Shown here one piece after another: positions 26,733 to 34,977 of a stretch of 51,958 nt of DNA. Where the stretch lies: assembly GCA_949127685.1 (NCBI GenBank), contig CASBPW010000100.1:1-51958 (forward strand), read 5' to 3'. Positions within the stretch are counted from its first letter, which is position 1. Every line of letters starts with the position of its first letter. The notes beneath the pieces were generated by a model, which saw only the letters and a list, made by a program, of their open reading frames with translations, was not told the DNA's origin and did no database searches. Origin of the DNA: Candidatus Sivonenia alaskensis PMM_0068 (GTDB taxonomy: Bacteria > Cyanobacteriota > Cyanobacteriia > Gloeobacterales > PMM-0068). The translations under genes were made by a program, and so were the position numbers.

Positions 26733-27490
26733 AAGATTTCCAAGAAATTCCTGTAGCTCGTCGTGAAGCCTCTGCCGGGCAAACCCCACGGCGGACGGCC
26801 GCAAAAAAAGGCACGTCTCCTTTGGTTTGGATTGGACTAGGCGTAGGAATCGCAGGGATTGCTTTAGGTTTTTTTCTGACCAGTGCTCCTTCAACTCCTC
26901 CTACTGCTTCAGCTCCAAGTAATGTCACAGCCCCCGATCCTACAGTGACTCCCACAGCTGCTCCGAGCACCTCTGAACCGGATACCCTCTTGGGCCATCA
27001 TCGCTATGCAGACGCTCCTTTATCAAGCTTGACTGTCGTTTCCAGGACCAAGGGAAAGGTCGTCATGCTGCGCGTTGTAGCAGCAGAGAAGTTTTTTGAG
27101 ATGCAACGAGCCGCAGCCAGAGATGGCATAGACTTAGTTGCTGTTTCTGGCTTTCGGGATAAAGCCTATCAACAAGGCCTTTTTGACCGTAATTTAGGCA
27201 AAATGGGCCAAGCTATGGAAGTAACCAAGGTCAGTGCCCCCCCAGGCTATAGCGAACACCATACGGGTTATGCCTTGGATGTCGGAGACGGCGGGCAGCC
27301 AGAAACCCATGTAGAAACTACATTTGAGCAAACGAGAGCTTTTGAATGGCTGCAAAGCAATGCAGGACGCTTTGGCTTTGAAATGTCCTTTCCCAAAGAC
27401 AACAAGCAGGGGGTTAGCTATGAACCTTGGCACTGGAGATTTATAGGAGATCCAGAGAGTTTAGAGACCTTCTATCGCAACAGCCCCTAA
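26729..27490 (+). CDS. VanY-type D-alanyl-D-alanine carboxypeptidase (peptidase M15B), membrane anchored
   Basis: TM segment LVWIGLGVGIAGIALGFFL, a P/T/S linker, then SGFRDKAYQQGLF, SEHHTGYALDV and EPWHWRF (Zn ligands). The ATG overlaps the bcp stop by 4 nt. Confidence 0.85.
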   Translation: MKDFQEIPVARREASAGQTPRRTAAKKGTSPLVWIGLGVGIAGIALGFFLTSAPSTPPTASAPSNVTAPDPTVTPTAAPSTSEPDTLLGHHRYADAPLSSLTVVSRTKGKVVMLRVVAAEKFFEMQRAAARDGIDLVAVSGFRDKAYQQGLFDRNLGKMGQAMEVTKVSAPPGYSEHHTGYALDVGDGGQPETHVETTFEQTRAFEWLQSNAGRFGFEMSFPKDNKQGVSYEPWHWRFIGDPESLETFYRNSP

Positions 27491-28475
27491 TGGACGCACA
27501 CTAAGAAGCCCACTCCAGAAAAAATTCATAAACATAGATCCATTTGCGAGAGAACTACTTCCGCCCTTTGTTTCTAGGGAAGCGGGCTGCTTTGTGTTAG
27601 ACAACTTGAGTCCTAGTCTTTTGTCGTCTATTATACAATCCGTCATAGCATTAATTATAGAGAACGAGGAGACAACAGTACGCTGCCTAAATTTCTAGGG
27701 AATTCTGTACAAAAGTTTCTGTAAAGACTTTGTTTGTACATAAAGCCCAAGCGAACTAAAACCTTTAAATTTCAATTAACTTATTATCAAGAGAAAAAGT
27801 GAATTTGTCCAAGGGATGGATCTTCTGAAACTATGTATACCGTCGCCAAGATTCTTAGGACAGGTGGGATCAAGAGCCTATCGGGTTGGACATCATCAAA
27901 ATATTCTAGCCTAGGTAGCGACAGATATATATATTATTAGAGAAGAATATAGAACTTGCTTAACTAACATTTTAAATAAGATAAAAGTGAATTAATATTC
28001 CTTAATAATCACTTGTTTATTGTTATAAATCCTATCTATATATTTCCGAATAAATGATTAGCTCGATCTTATGATCATCTAAAAATTTCATTTAGACTGT
28101 ACTTGCTGAGTGCAAAAATATTCCCATCCAAGACCACTCTTAATCCTATGGCTGCAGAATACTTGCGTTGACATAATGTGCCAAACCTTAAGCTCAATTC
28201 CTGTGTGGCTGGGTGTTCCTTTCCAGAAATAAATAAAGCAAGAGCCGTATACCCACTCAAAAGGATTCAAATTTTTACCAAATAATGTTAATATTCCCAA
28301 AAATGAGGGAACAGTATATGTATCCTCACCAAGTAGAAACTAGCTAGCAGCATAAAGCTTCTCTCCTTCTTTCGAATACCAGGGATTGGTATAAAGTTCA
28401 GGAGACTTGACAGGTGAGATCAGTTTTTTCATCCTGATTCAATCTACAAATCTACGGGAACCGAGAATAGCATCC

Positions 28476-28754
28476 ATGTCCTACCCTATTCGAAGCATCA
28501 TCAACCATTGTCAAGATGATGAACTGAGCATGGCAGAGAAATCTAAAGTCTTTTACAAAGATTTATACTTTGGGCTAGGTTTAGTCATAATATATGGGGC
28601 GTTATCCTCTGTTAACGAGTGGTTGCTATCAAGCTTCTCGTTTACACAGGGATCCAACCTGCTCCCGCTGTCTACTAGACGGCATTGTTCCTCACACTCA
28701 AACTCTCAACTGCTTACACCTTATCTAGACGTCGATGGGCTAACAGACATATGA
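28476..28754 (+). CDS. Hypothetical small protein with one TM segment, possibly translationally coupled to the response regulator
   Basis: Open frame 28407-28754, first ATG at 28476. One hydrophobic helix (LYFGLGLVIIYGALSSV). The stop TGA (28752-28754) overlaps the regulator ATG (28751) as ATGA. No SD and no recognised family. Confidence 0.25.
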   Translation: MSYPIRSIINHCQDDELSMAEKSKVFYKDLYFGLGLVIIYGALSSVNEWLLSSFSFTQGSNLLPLSTRRHCSSHSNSQLLTPYLDVDGLTDI

Positions 28755-29401
28755 AACACCTTCTTCTCATAGATGATGACACTCGCTTTCTACTCCTGAT
28801 GGGAGACTTTCTGGAAGAGCGGGGTTATCAATTAAGTCGAGCGGCCAATGGGAAGCAAGGTATTGAAGTCCTAGGTCGACTGGCGAGGGAGTCCCGCCCC
28901 CCAGACTTGATCGTTTGCGACGTTATGATGCCCCAAATGGATGGGTATGAATTTGTGCGTACCCTGCGGGCGCTGCCTGGTCGCGAAGCCCTTCCTGTTA
29001 TCTTCCTCTCCGCAAAAGGAGAAGTCCCTGACCGGATTCGAGGACTCAAGGAAGGAGGAGATGCCTATCTCGTAAAACCATTTGAACCCGATGAATTGGT
29101 AGCCTTGACCGAAGCTTTACTGCGCCGTTCAGAGCACGTGAAAACCTCAGGCAGTGGCCTAGACGGATGGCGAAATTTAGGCGAACCTGCCATCGCTATT
29201 CAATTTGATGTAGACCTTACCGCAACGGAAGGTAAAGTACTGCGCTATGTGGCTCGTGGCCTTTCCAACAAAGAGATCGCAAAAGAAATGGGCGTCTCTC
29301 AACGGACCGTAGAAAGCCATGTCAGTAATATGCTCCAAAAAACCACGCTTACTAATCGGACTGAGTTAACCCGTTGGGCTATTGAGAGTGGCCATATCTA
29401 A
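28751..29401 (+). CDS. NarL/LuxR-type response regulator (REC plus HTH_LuxR)
   Basis: MKHLLLIDDD..., the phospho-acceptor context LIVCDVMMPQMDG, SAKG...KPF, then LTATEGKVLRYVARGLSNKEIAKEMGVSQRTVESHVSNMLQK. No histidine kinase lies within the window. Confidence 0.9.
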   Translation: MKHLLLIDDDTRFLLLMGDFLEERGYQLSRAANGKQGIEVLGRLARESRPPDLIVCDVMMPQMDGYEFVRTLRALPGREALPVIFLSAKGEVPDRIRGLKEGGDAYLVKPFEPDELVALTEALLRRSEHVKTSGSGLDGWRNLGEPAIAIQFDVDLTATEGKVLRYVARGLSNKEIAKEMGVSQRTVESHVSNMLQKTTLTNRTELTRWAIESGHI

Positions 29402-29888
29402 AAGTTTGTTGCTCCTCAGAGCCTGAAGCGAATAGCTTCACGGCAAAAACAGCAGGGATAGACCGACTTGACTGCTTTAGCAGGTCTAATCGCTCAGGAG
29501 TGGGCTCCGTATAAAGTTTTATACTCCTACCATCAGGACTAACAAGGAGAAACGCACCAATACCCAGTAGCCCAAGAATCAATAGACTGAGTAAAGTAGT
29601 GAATAATCCCAGAGGATAAGGTCGCTTAGGAAGTGGTCCAGCAGGCTCGGCAGGAGTAGACTGTTGCGCAAAAGAATCTGGTGTAGGCCGAAGAGGAGGA
29701 GAAGTTGGAGGAATGGGCATGGGTTGTGGCTTGATCTCTGGAAGTTCAGGCTCCTGTCTTTCGCCTTTTTGTCCTGACTGTTTAGCGCGCCTAGTTTTTC
29801 TCCTCGCATCCGAATTTGGATTTGGCTTGGGCGTATTCCCTTGGGCGGGAGGAAGGGATGGTGGGAGATTATCGTTGCCGGAATTCAC
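29379..29888 (-). CDS. Hypothetical proline-rich protein with one TM segment
   Basis: 169 aa with a P/K/Q-rich N-terminal half, the TM segment GLFTTLLSLLILGLLGIGAFLLV, and a short C-terminal domain. It overlaps the regulator 3' end by 23 nt (convergent). Confidence 0.4.
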   Translation of the reverse strand: MNSGNDNLPPSLPPAQGNTPKPNPNSDARRKTRRAKQSGQKGERQEPELPEIKPQPMPIPPTSPPLRPTPDSFAQQSTPAEPAGPLPKRPYPLGLFTTLLSLLILGLLGIGAFLLVSPDGRSIKLYTEPTPERLDLLKQSSRSIPAVFAVKLFASGSEEQQTFRYGHSQ

Positions 29889-30009
29889 GCCCAGCGCTCC
29901 GTAGGATTACTTTTAAAATTCATATTGAGAATATGATTGTAGGCCAAATAAAGATACCTCATTTGAAACAACGCTGTGCGTGGAGGATATGCAGAATGCA
30001 GTCTTCATA

Positions 30010-30249
30010 TCAAGTACGCCCCTGAGAACCCAAAATCTGCTTGAGTTTACTCGAAACAAAACTTACTAACACGCCAAGAAAAAAAATTCCAAGTAGCGGA
30101 TTAATGACTGGCGTCCATAAAGACCGCCACATCGAAAGGCCCAAATTTAGGCCAAGGGTATTGCCAATAACTGCCACCACAAACCATAGAAAAAAGAAGC
30201 CAATAGCAGCCATGACCCAAAGCAGAAAATTGTCCCAATATTGCTTCAT
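30010..30249 (-). CDS. Hypothetical small membrane protein (2 TM, Trp/Phe-rich)
   Basis: 79 aa, FLLWVMAAIGFFFLWFVVAVIG ... LLGIFFLGVLVSFV. It starts 4 nt after the stop of the upstream Trp-rich gene. Confidence 0.45.
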   Translation of the reverse strand: MKQYWDNFLLWVMAAIGFFFLWFVVAVIGNTLGLNLGLSMWRSLWTPVINPLLGIFFLGVLVSFVSSKLKQILGSQGRT

Positions 30250-30252
30250 AGT

Positions 30253-30567
30253 TTAAACTTCGATGACGCTCTGGATTGTACTATGCCCATCAAGAGCCTC
30301 AACTTGTTCTCCCTCTATTATTCGGCAAGGCTCGACCTGGACAATTTCTTTCCAGCCTGGTTCCCACTGACTCCGGTCTTTAAGCACTCTAGCGTTCACC
30401 CAAAACTGAACTTTTTCATCGACAACGGAGCGCATCAGCGCGAATGTAAAGGGTTTGCGGTCTGCCCTCCCGTGCACCTGATAGTGCCGCCATCCTTGAA
30501 TAGACTTTGCCGCTGTCCATTTAGAGCCAACAAGATGGGGGAAAAAGAGTTGTTGCTTGCCTTTCAT
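30253..30567 (-). CDS. Trp-rich conserved hypothetical protein (TIGR02450-like, from memory)
   Basis: HLVGSKWTAAKSIQGWRHYQV... and ...RVLKDRSQWEPGWK resemble the SKWTA ... W..GW pattern of that family. Confidence 0.5.
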   Translation of the reverse strand: MKGKQQLFFPHLVGSKWTAAKSIQGWRHYQVHGRADRKPFTFALMRSVVDEKVQFWVNARVLKDRSQWEPGWKEIVQVEPCRIIEGEQVEALDGHSTIQSVIEV

Positions 30568-30665
30568 GGTCCCTAGTACATTTTGTATTCAAGATCCTAA
30601 CTCCAACCACTCGACCCTGGTCAGAAAAAGATTAGGATACAGGTTGATTTAGCTAAGATGCTTTC

Positions 30666-30917
30666 ATGAAATTCCGTGCCACGGTCCAGATTACCCTCCG
30701 CCCCTCCGTTCTAGATCCTCAAGGGGTAGCAGTGCGCGCTGGACTCCAGCAAATGGGATATGCCCAAGTTGAGGAAGTCCGGGTGGGCAAGTATGTTCAA
30801 CTAGAGCTGGAAGCTGAGACTGAAGAGCAAGCACGCCAACAGGTGGACCGTATTAGCGACCAGCTTTTAGCCAATCCGGTAATCGAGAATTACCACTTTG
30901 ATTTGGTTGCCGTTTAA
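30666..30917 (+). CDS. purS: Phosphoribosylformylglycinamidine synthase subunit PurS
   Basis: 83 aa. MKFRATVQITLRPSVLDPQGVAVRAGLQQMGY...VRVGKYVQLELEA is typical PurS. Confidence 0.9.
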   Translation: MKFRATVQITLRPSVLDPQGVAVRAGLQQMGYAQVEEVRVGKYVQLELEAETEEQARQQVDRISDQLLANPVIENYHFDLVAV

Positions 30918-32482
30918 GTGGATTTTTTGAATCGGCGTAGGATTTGATTTCTAAATAGGGTGATTTCCGGGAAATCTAAACGCCACAACCAGAGCGCTTG
31001 GCTGGCGAGCCCGATGCTTAGGGCAATCAGTAGCTTTGTGAGTACGACAAAAAAGTTTTCTCCAGGCCAGAAGTGCTGTAGTCCTGCATAAACACCCCAG
31101 GTCAAAGCTCCCGTGAACAAAGCTCCGATAAATAGAATGGCTAAAGGCCCAAACAGGCCAGAGCGCCATCCCAACGGCCCAACCTTCTTTCTAAATAACC
31201 AGGCCAATCCTACGAACGTGATCGTGGTCACACCCGCCGTCGCTAAAGGAATTCCAGGCGCACCGATCCATTTAACCAATAGAAAATCCAAAGCAAAATT
31301 TAAAGCAATACCCAGAAAGCTCATGATTAGAGGCGTTTTTCCATCTCCCAGAACATAGAAGAGCCGGATCATCAGATCTCGACCCAAAAAACTGAACATT
31401 CCCACTGTACCGGCGATGAATAGCCCAGAAACCAATTGCGTAGCTTTTGAGTCGAAGGCCCCACGCTGATAGATAATTTGGACAATCGGCTCACTCAAGG
31501 CTATACAAAAAGCCATCAGCGGCAAGACTGCTATCGCTAAGGTGATCAGCCCCTGACGGATCTTAGAAAGCAGCTCAGAGCGGTCTTCTTCTCCACTGAG
31601 GCGACTATAGAGGGGCAACAGAGGAATCAAAAAAGCATTCGACAAAATGCCTTGAGGCGTTTGTACCAACAAATTAGCCGTGGGTAGGCCCCCAATCACC
31701 CCTGCTCCCAAAAATGAGGCAAAGAACTGGTCTGTATAGGTATTCAAATTAGCCAAGGTGGAACTCAAGGTGGCAGGAGCCATTAGCTTCATCACCTGTC
31801 TAACTTGAGGGAGATGCCAGTCGAAACGAGGACGTAAAGAACCTAACCCCAATTTCCATTGCAAAGGGACCTGGGCAAACCATTGCAGGAGTGCTCCAGC
31901 CAGCGTTCCCCAAGCCAGAACTTGTGCGCCATAGTCCTTGGCAAAAAACAAAATGGCAACGATTACAGCGCCACTAGAAAGAATAGGACTTAAAGACGGG
32001 AGGACAAAGCTATTGGCTGTGGTGAGTACCCCAAATCCAAGTCCGACTTGCCCCGCGATAAAAGCCAGTGGGGCCATGATCCGCATATCGTGTACGGCGA
32101 TAGCTTGAACCTCTGCCGGTGCGCCTTGAGCCACCAAACCGACAATCCAAGGAGCGGCAACCATAATTCCGACGGTAGCCGCACCAAAGGCTAAAGCTAC
32201 CAGCGTGTTCAAGGTTTCGATGACCCGTGGTTTGTCTTCAGAATCTTTGGATAAAACACTGACAATGGCACTATGGAAAGGGCCGTTTACTCCCCCCAGG
32301 ATGATGAGAAAAAAGGCAGGAAGACTATAAGCGAGATTGTAAGCATCAAGCGCTGACGACAGACCGTATTGGGCCGTCATGGCCTGCGCACGCACCAGGC
32401 CCGCCACTTTACTCAGCAACGTGACCACTACGATCAAAGAAGCAGCTTTTAAAAGAGATTTGGGTGCGGAATGGGCAGGCAT
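30914..32482 (-). CDS. murJ: Lipid II flippase MurJ (MviN)
   Basis: 522 aa, polytopic. ...LLSKVAGLVRAQAMTAQYG...DAYNLAYSLPAFF... and overall MOP-superfamily layout. Confidence 0.9.
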   Translation of the reverse strand: MPAHSAPKSLLKAASLIVVVTLLSKVAGLVRAQAMTAQYGLSSALDAYNLAYSLPAFFLIILGGVNGPFHSAIVSVLSKDSEDKPRVIETLNTLVALAFGAATVGIMVAAPWIVGLVAQGAPAEVQAIAVHDMRIMAPLAFIAGQVGLGFGVLTTANSFVLPSLSPILSSGAVIVAILFFAKDYGAQVLAWGTLAGALLQWFAQVPLQWKLGLGSLRPRFDWHLPQVRQVMKLMAPATLSSTLANLNTYTDQFFASFLGAGVIGGLPTANLLVQTPQGILSNAFLIPLLPLYSRLSGEEDRSELLSKIRQGLITLAIAVLPLMAFCIALSEPIVQIIYQRGAFDSKATQLVSGLFIAGTVGMFSFLGRDLMIRLFYVLGDGKTPLIMSFLGIALNFALDFLLVKWIGAPGIPLATAGVTTITFVGLAWLFRKKVGPLGWRSGLFGPLAILFIGALFTGALTWGVYAGLQHFWPGENFFVVLTKLLIALSIGLASQALWLWRLDFPEITLFRNQILRRFKKST

Positions 32483-32548
32483 AAATTAAGTAGGCATAAG
32501 TTAAGCGGGGGTAGACCTACCCGATACTAACAGGCGTGCGTAGCTGTT

Positions 32549-33766
32549 TTAGCGGACTTGGACCGTGCCGACTTGAAGAACCCGAATATCCACACCGCGC
32601 TCAACTTTTTCAGTGCCCACAGGAACGATCCCAAAACCGTTGATGCCCTGCAAGTTGACTAGATTACCGGAAGCATGGGAAGACCGAGGCGTGAAATATA
32701 GTTGCTCTTCCTGTTGATATAAAACGCCTCGGACATAGGTTTCGCGATCCCCAGTTCCTTCAGCAGGAGCGGTCAGCCGTGCAGGCAGTACAGGGAAATT
32801 TTGTAAACTTTCGGGATAGCCCATGCTTTTACGAATCGCCGGGTAAACGGTCAGCCAAAAGCCTACTAAACAGGAGACAGGATTGCCCGGCAGTCCCCAG
32901 TAAACAACCTGGTTCAGCAAGGCAAAGGTGAGCGGTTTTCCAGGTTTGACCCGGACTTTCTGAAACAAGATCTGGGCACCTAAGTTTTGGAGCGCTGTTT
33001 TCACATGGTCATAATCCCCGACAGAGACCCCGCCAGAACTAAGGATGAAATCTGCATCTAGGGCCTCGGTGATCGCCTGTGTAAGCGATGGGATGTCATC
33101 CTTCACTACTCCCAGCAAACGAGGAACCGCTCCCGCTTCGATGACTTGCGCGGCCAGAGCATACTGATTTGAGTCAATAATTTGACCTGGTTGCAACTCA
33201 TGACCGAGGGAGACCAGCTCATTTCCCGTAGAAAGAATCGCTACGACCGGACGACGATACACAGAGACAAAACTGCGGCCCACACTACTGAGGATGCCAA
33301 TTTCTGGAGCACGGAGCACGGTTCCCGCAGACATTAACAAGTCGCCAGTCCGTAGATGGGCTCCTTTGCTCACCATGTTGGCCCCAGAGTTTACCGATTT
33401 GAGGATGCTCACAGTGCCATCGGGGTTAGCCGTGGTATTTTCCTGAATTACCACCGCATCGGCCCCTTCTGGCATCATCGCCCCAGTAAAAATGCGGCTT
33501 GCTTCCCCCATCCCCAGTGGATGCTGAGGAATAGTTCCGGCAGCAATTTCCTCGACAATAGGCAAGGTTACAGGAATTACTCCCAAATCTTCGGAGCGCA
33601 CAGCATACCCGTCCATCACAGAACTATTCCAGCGAGGAAAATCTAGAGATGAGAAAACAGGTTCTGCCAAAACTCGATATAAGGCAGAAAATAAATCTAC
33701 CCGCTCAATTCCAAGGGGCTTAATCGAGCCTAAAACTAAAGCTTGAGCTTCTTCGATGGGGATCAT
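32549..33766 (-). CDS. moeA: Molybdopterin molybdenumtransferase MoeA
   Basis: MIPIEEAQALV..., SSVMDGYAV, IFTGAMMPEGADAVV, STGNEL, SSGGVSVGDYD and LPGNPVS blocks. Confidence 0.9.
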   Translation of the reverse strand: MIPIEEAQALVLGSIKPLGIERVDLFSALYRVLAEPVFSSLDFPRWNSSVMDGYAVRSEDLGVIPVTLPIVEEIAAGTIPQHPLGMGEASRIFTGAMMPEGADAVVIQENTTANPDGTVSILKSVNSGANMVSKGAHLRTGDLLMSAGTVLRAPEIGILSSVGRSFVSVYRRPVVAILSTGNELVSLGHELQPGQIIDSNQYALAAQVIEAGAVPRLLGVVKDDIPSLTQAITEALDADFILSSGGVSVGDYDHVKTALQNLGAQILFQKVRVKPGKPLTFALLNQVVYWGLPGNPVSCLVGFWLTVYPAIRKSMGYPESLQNFPVLPARLTAPAEGTGDRETYVRGVLYQQEEQLYFTPRSSHASGNLVNLQGINGFGIVPVGTEKVERGVDIRVLQVGTVQVR

Positions 33767-33786
33767 GGTCTGATGCTCCTAGCGAT

Positions 33787-34737
33787 TCAGTAGACCCACG
33801 TCCCAGCAGGATAGACCCCCGGTTGGAGAGCACTATGAATCAACGCCCCTCTACCCACCAGCGTATTGGCAAGAATCATCGCTTTTGAGCCAAGTTGAGA
33901 ATAGGCTCCGATGTAGCAAGGGCCTTGCAGTTTGGCTTCAGGAGCAATTTCCACTCCTTCCCCGACCCAAACCTGGGGAGCAATTTCTTGGGCTTCCAGG
34001 GCGTAGGGCATGACCCCCGAGAGAATATCCAGATGAGCTTGCAGATATTTTTGGGGATTGCCGATATCCATCCAATAGCCTTCATAAGGAAATCCGAAAA
34101 CGGTGCCCTTACTGACCAAAGAAGGGAATAATTGACGCTCCATACTCCAGGGTTGACCAGCGGGGACTTCCTGAAAAACTTCTGGTTCCATGACATAGGT
34201 ACCGGCGTTGATCGTATCGATTCCTAAGAGGGCAGCCTCTTCTGGAGTAGGCTTTTCACGAAAAGCGCGGACAGGCTGTGCTGCGTTTGATGCCTGTTCA
34301 AGCTCTACCAAACCATAGGCTGTAGGGTCTTGAACCCGGTAAAGGGCAATGGTTGTTTTCGCTTGCGCTGAACGGTGAGCGGTGATCAGCGCTTTGAGAT
34401 CTAGATTGGTAAGAATATCGGCATTAAACACAAGCAAGGTCTCACCCGTAAAATATTCTTCCGCTAGTTTGACGGCCCCACAGGTATCCAGGGCTTCTGT
34501 TTCCAAGCTATAGCGGACTTTGACCCCAAACGGGCTTCCGTCTTGGAAGTACCGCTGAATGTGCTCAGCTCCATAGCGGACATTCAAAAGAATGTCGGTA
34601 ATCCCGACATCTCGACACCTTTCGACGAGCACTTGGAGGAAAGGGCGGTCAAAAAGGGGAATCATAGGTTTCGGGGTGGCATAGGTAAGCGGACGTAGAC
34701 GAGTACCCTTTCCACCAGCAACGATTACAGCCTGCAT
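33787..34737 (-). CDS. NDP-sugar pyrophosphorylase (mannose-1-phosphate guanylyltransferase-like nucleotidyltransferase plus beta-helix tail)
   Basis: MQAVIVAGGKGTRLRPLTYATPKPMIPLFDRPFL is the signature N-terminus, with YWMDIGNPQKYLQAH later. Sugar specificity cannot be told from sequence. Confidence 0.8.
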   Translation of the reverse strand: MQAVIVAGGKGTRLRPLTYATPKPMIPLFDRPFLQVLVERCRDVGITDILLNVRYGAEHIQRYFQDGSPFGVKVRYSLETEALDTCGAVKLAEEYFTGETLLVFNADILTNLDLKALITAHRSAQAKTTIALYRVQDPTAYGLVELEQASNAAQPVRAFREKPTPEEAALLGIDTINAGTYVMEPEVFQEVPAGQPWSMERQLFPSLVSKGTVFGFPYEGYWMDIGNPQKYLQAHLDILSGVMPYALEAQEIAPQVWVGEGVEIAPEAKLQGPCYIGAYSQLGSKAMILANTLVGRGALIHSALQPGVYPAGTWVY

Positions 34738-34977
34738 TGCTTCACTCCTTTCTTGATTAATTTGGCCTTCACTAATTTAGACTTGGCTAATTTCAGCACA
34801 GAACAATCTATCCACTGCGGTATAATCCCTCTAGAAAGAACCCGTTTCCCTTGGCGCAGCATAACGTTTAACGGCTTATCCCCACACAACTAAATTGCTT
34901 ATGAGCAACCAGCTTGCCGCAGACCACGTCTATATCGTTACATCACTTGCCCATCCTGGGTATTCGAGATTTCGTTC

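Noticed and set aside
28075-28300. 61-aa and 70-aa minus-strand ORFs in the AT-rich gap, and a possible frameshift joining them to an ATG with a good SD near 28350.
   Set aside because: The frames are short and mutually overlapping, with an odd W/F/C/H-rich composition and very low GC. At best this is a decayed pseudogene. I have no basis for proposing programmed frameshifting.
30914-30917. Convergent purS and murJ share overlapping stop codons (TTAA).
   Set aside because: It is real in the sequence but a common compact-genome feature with no evident regulatory meaning.
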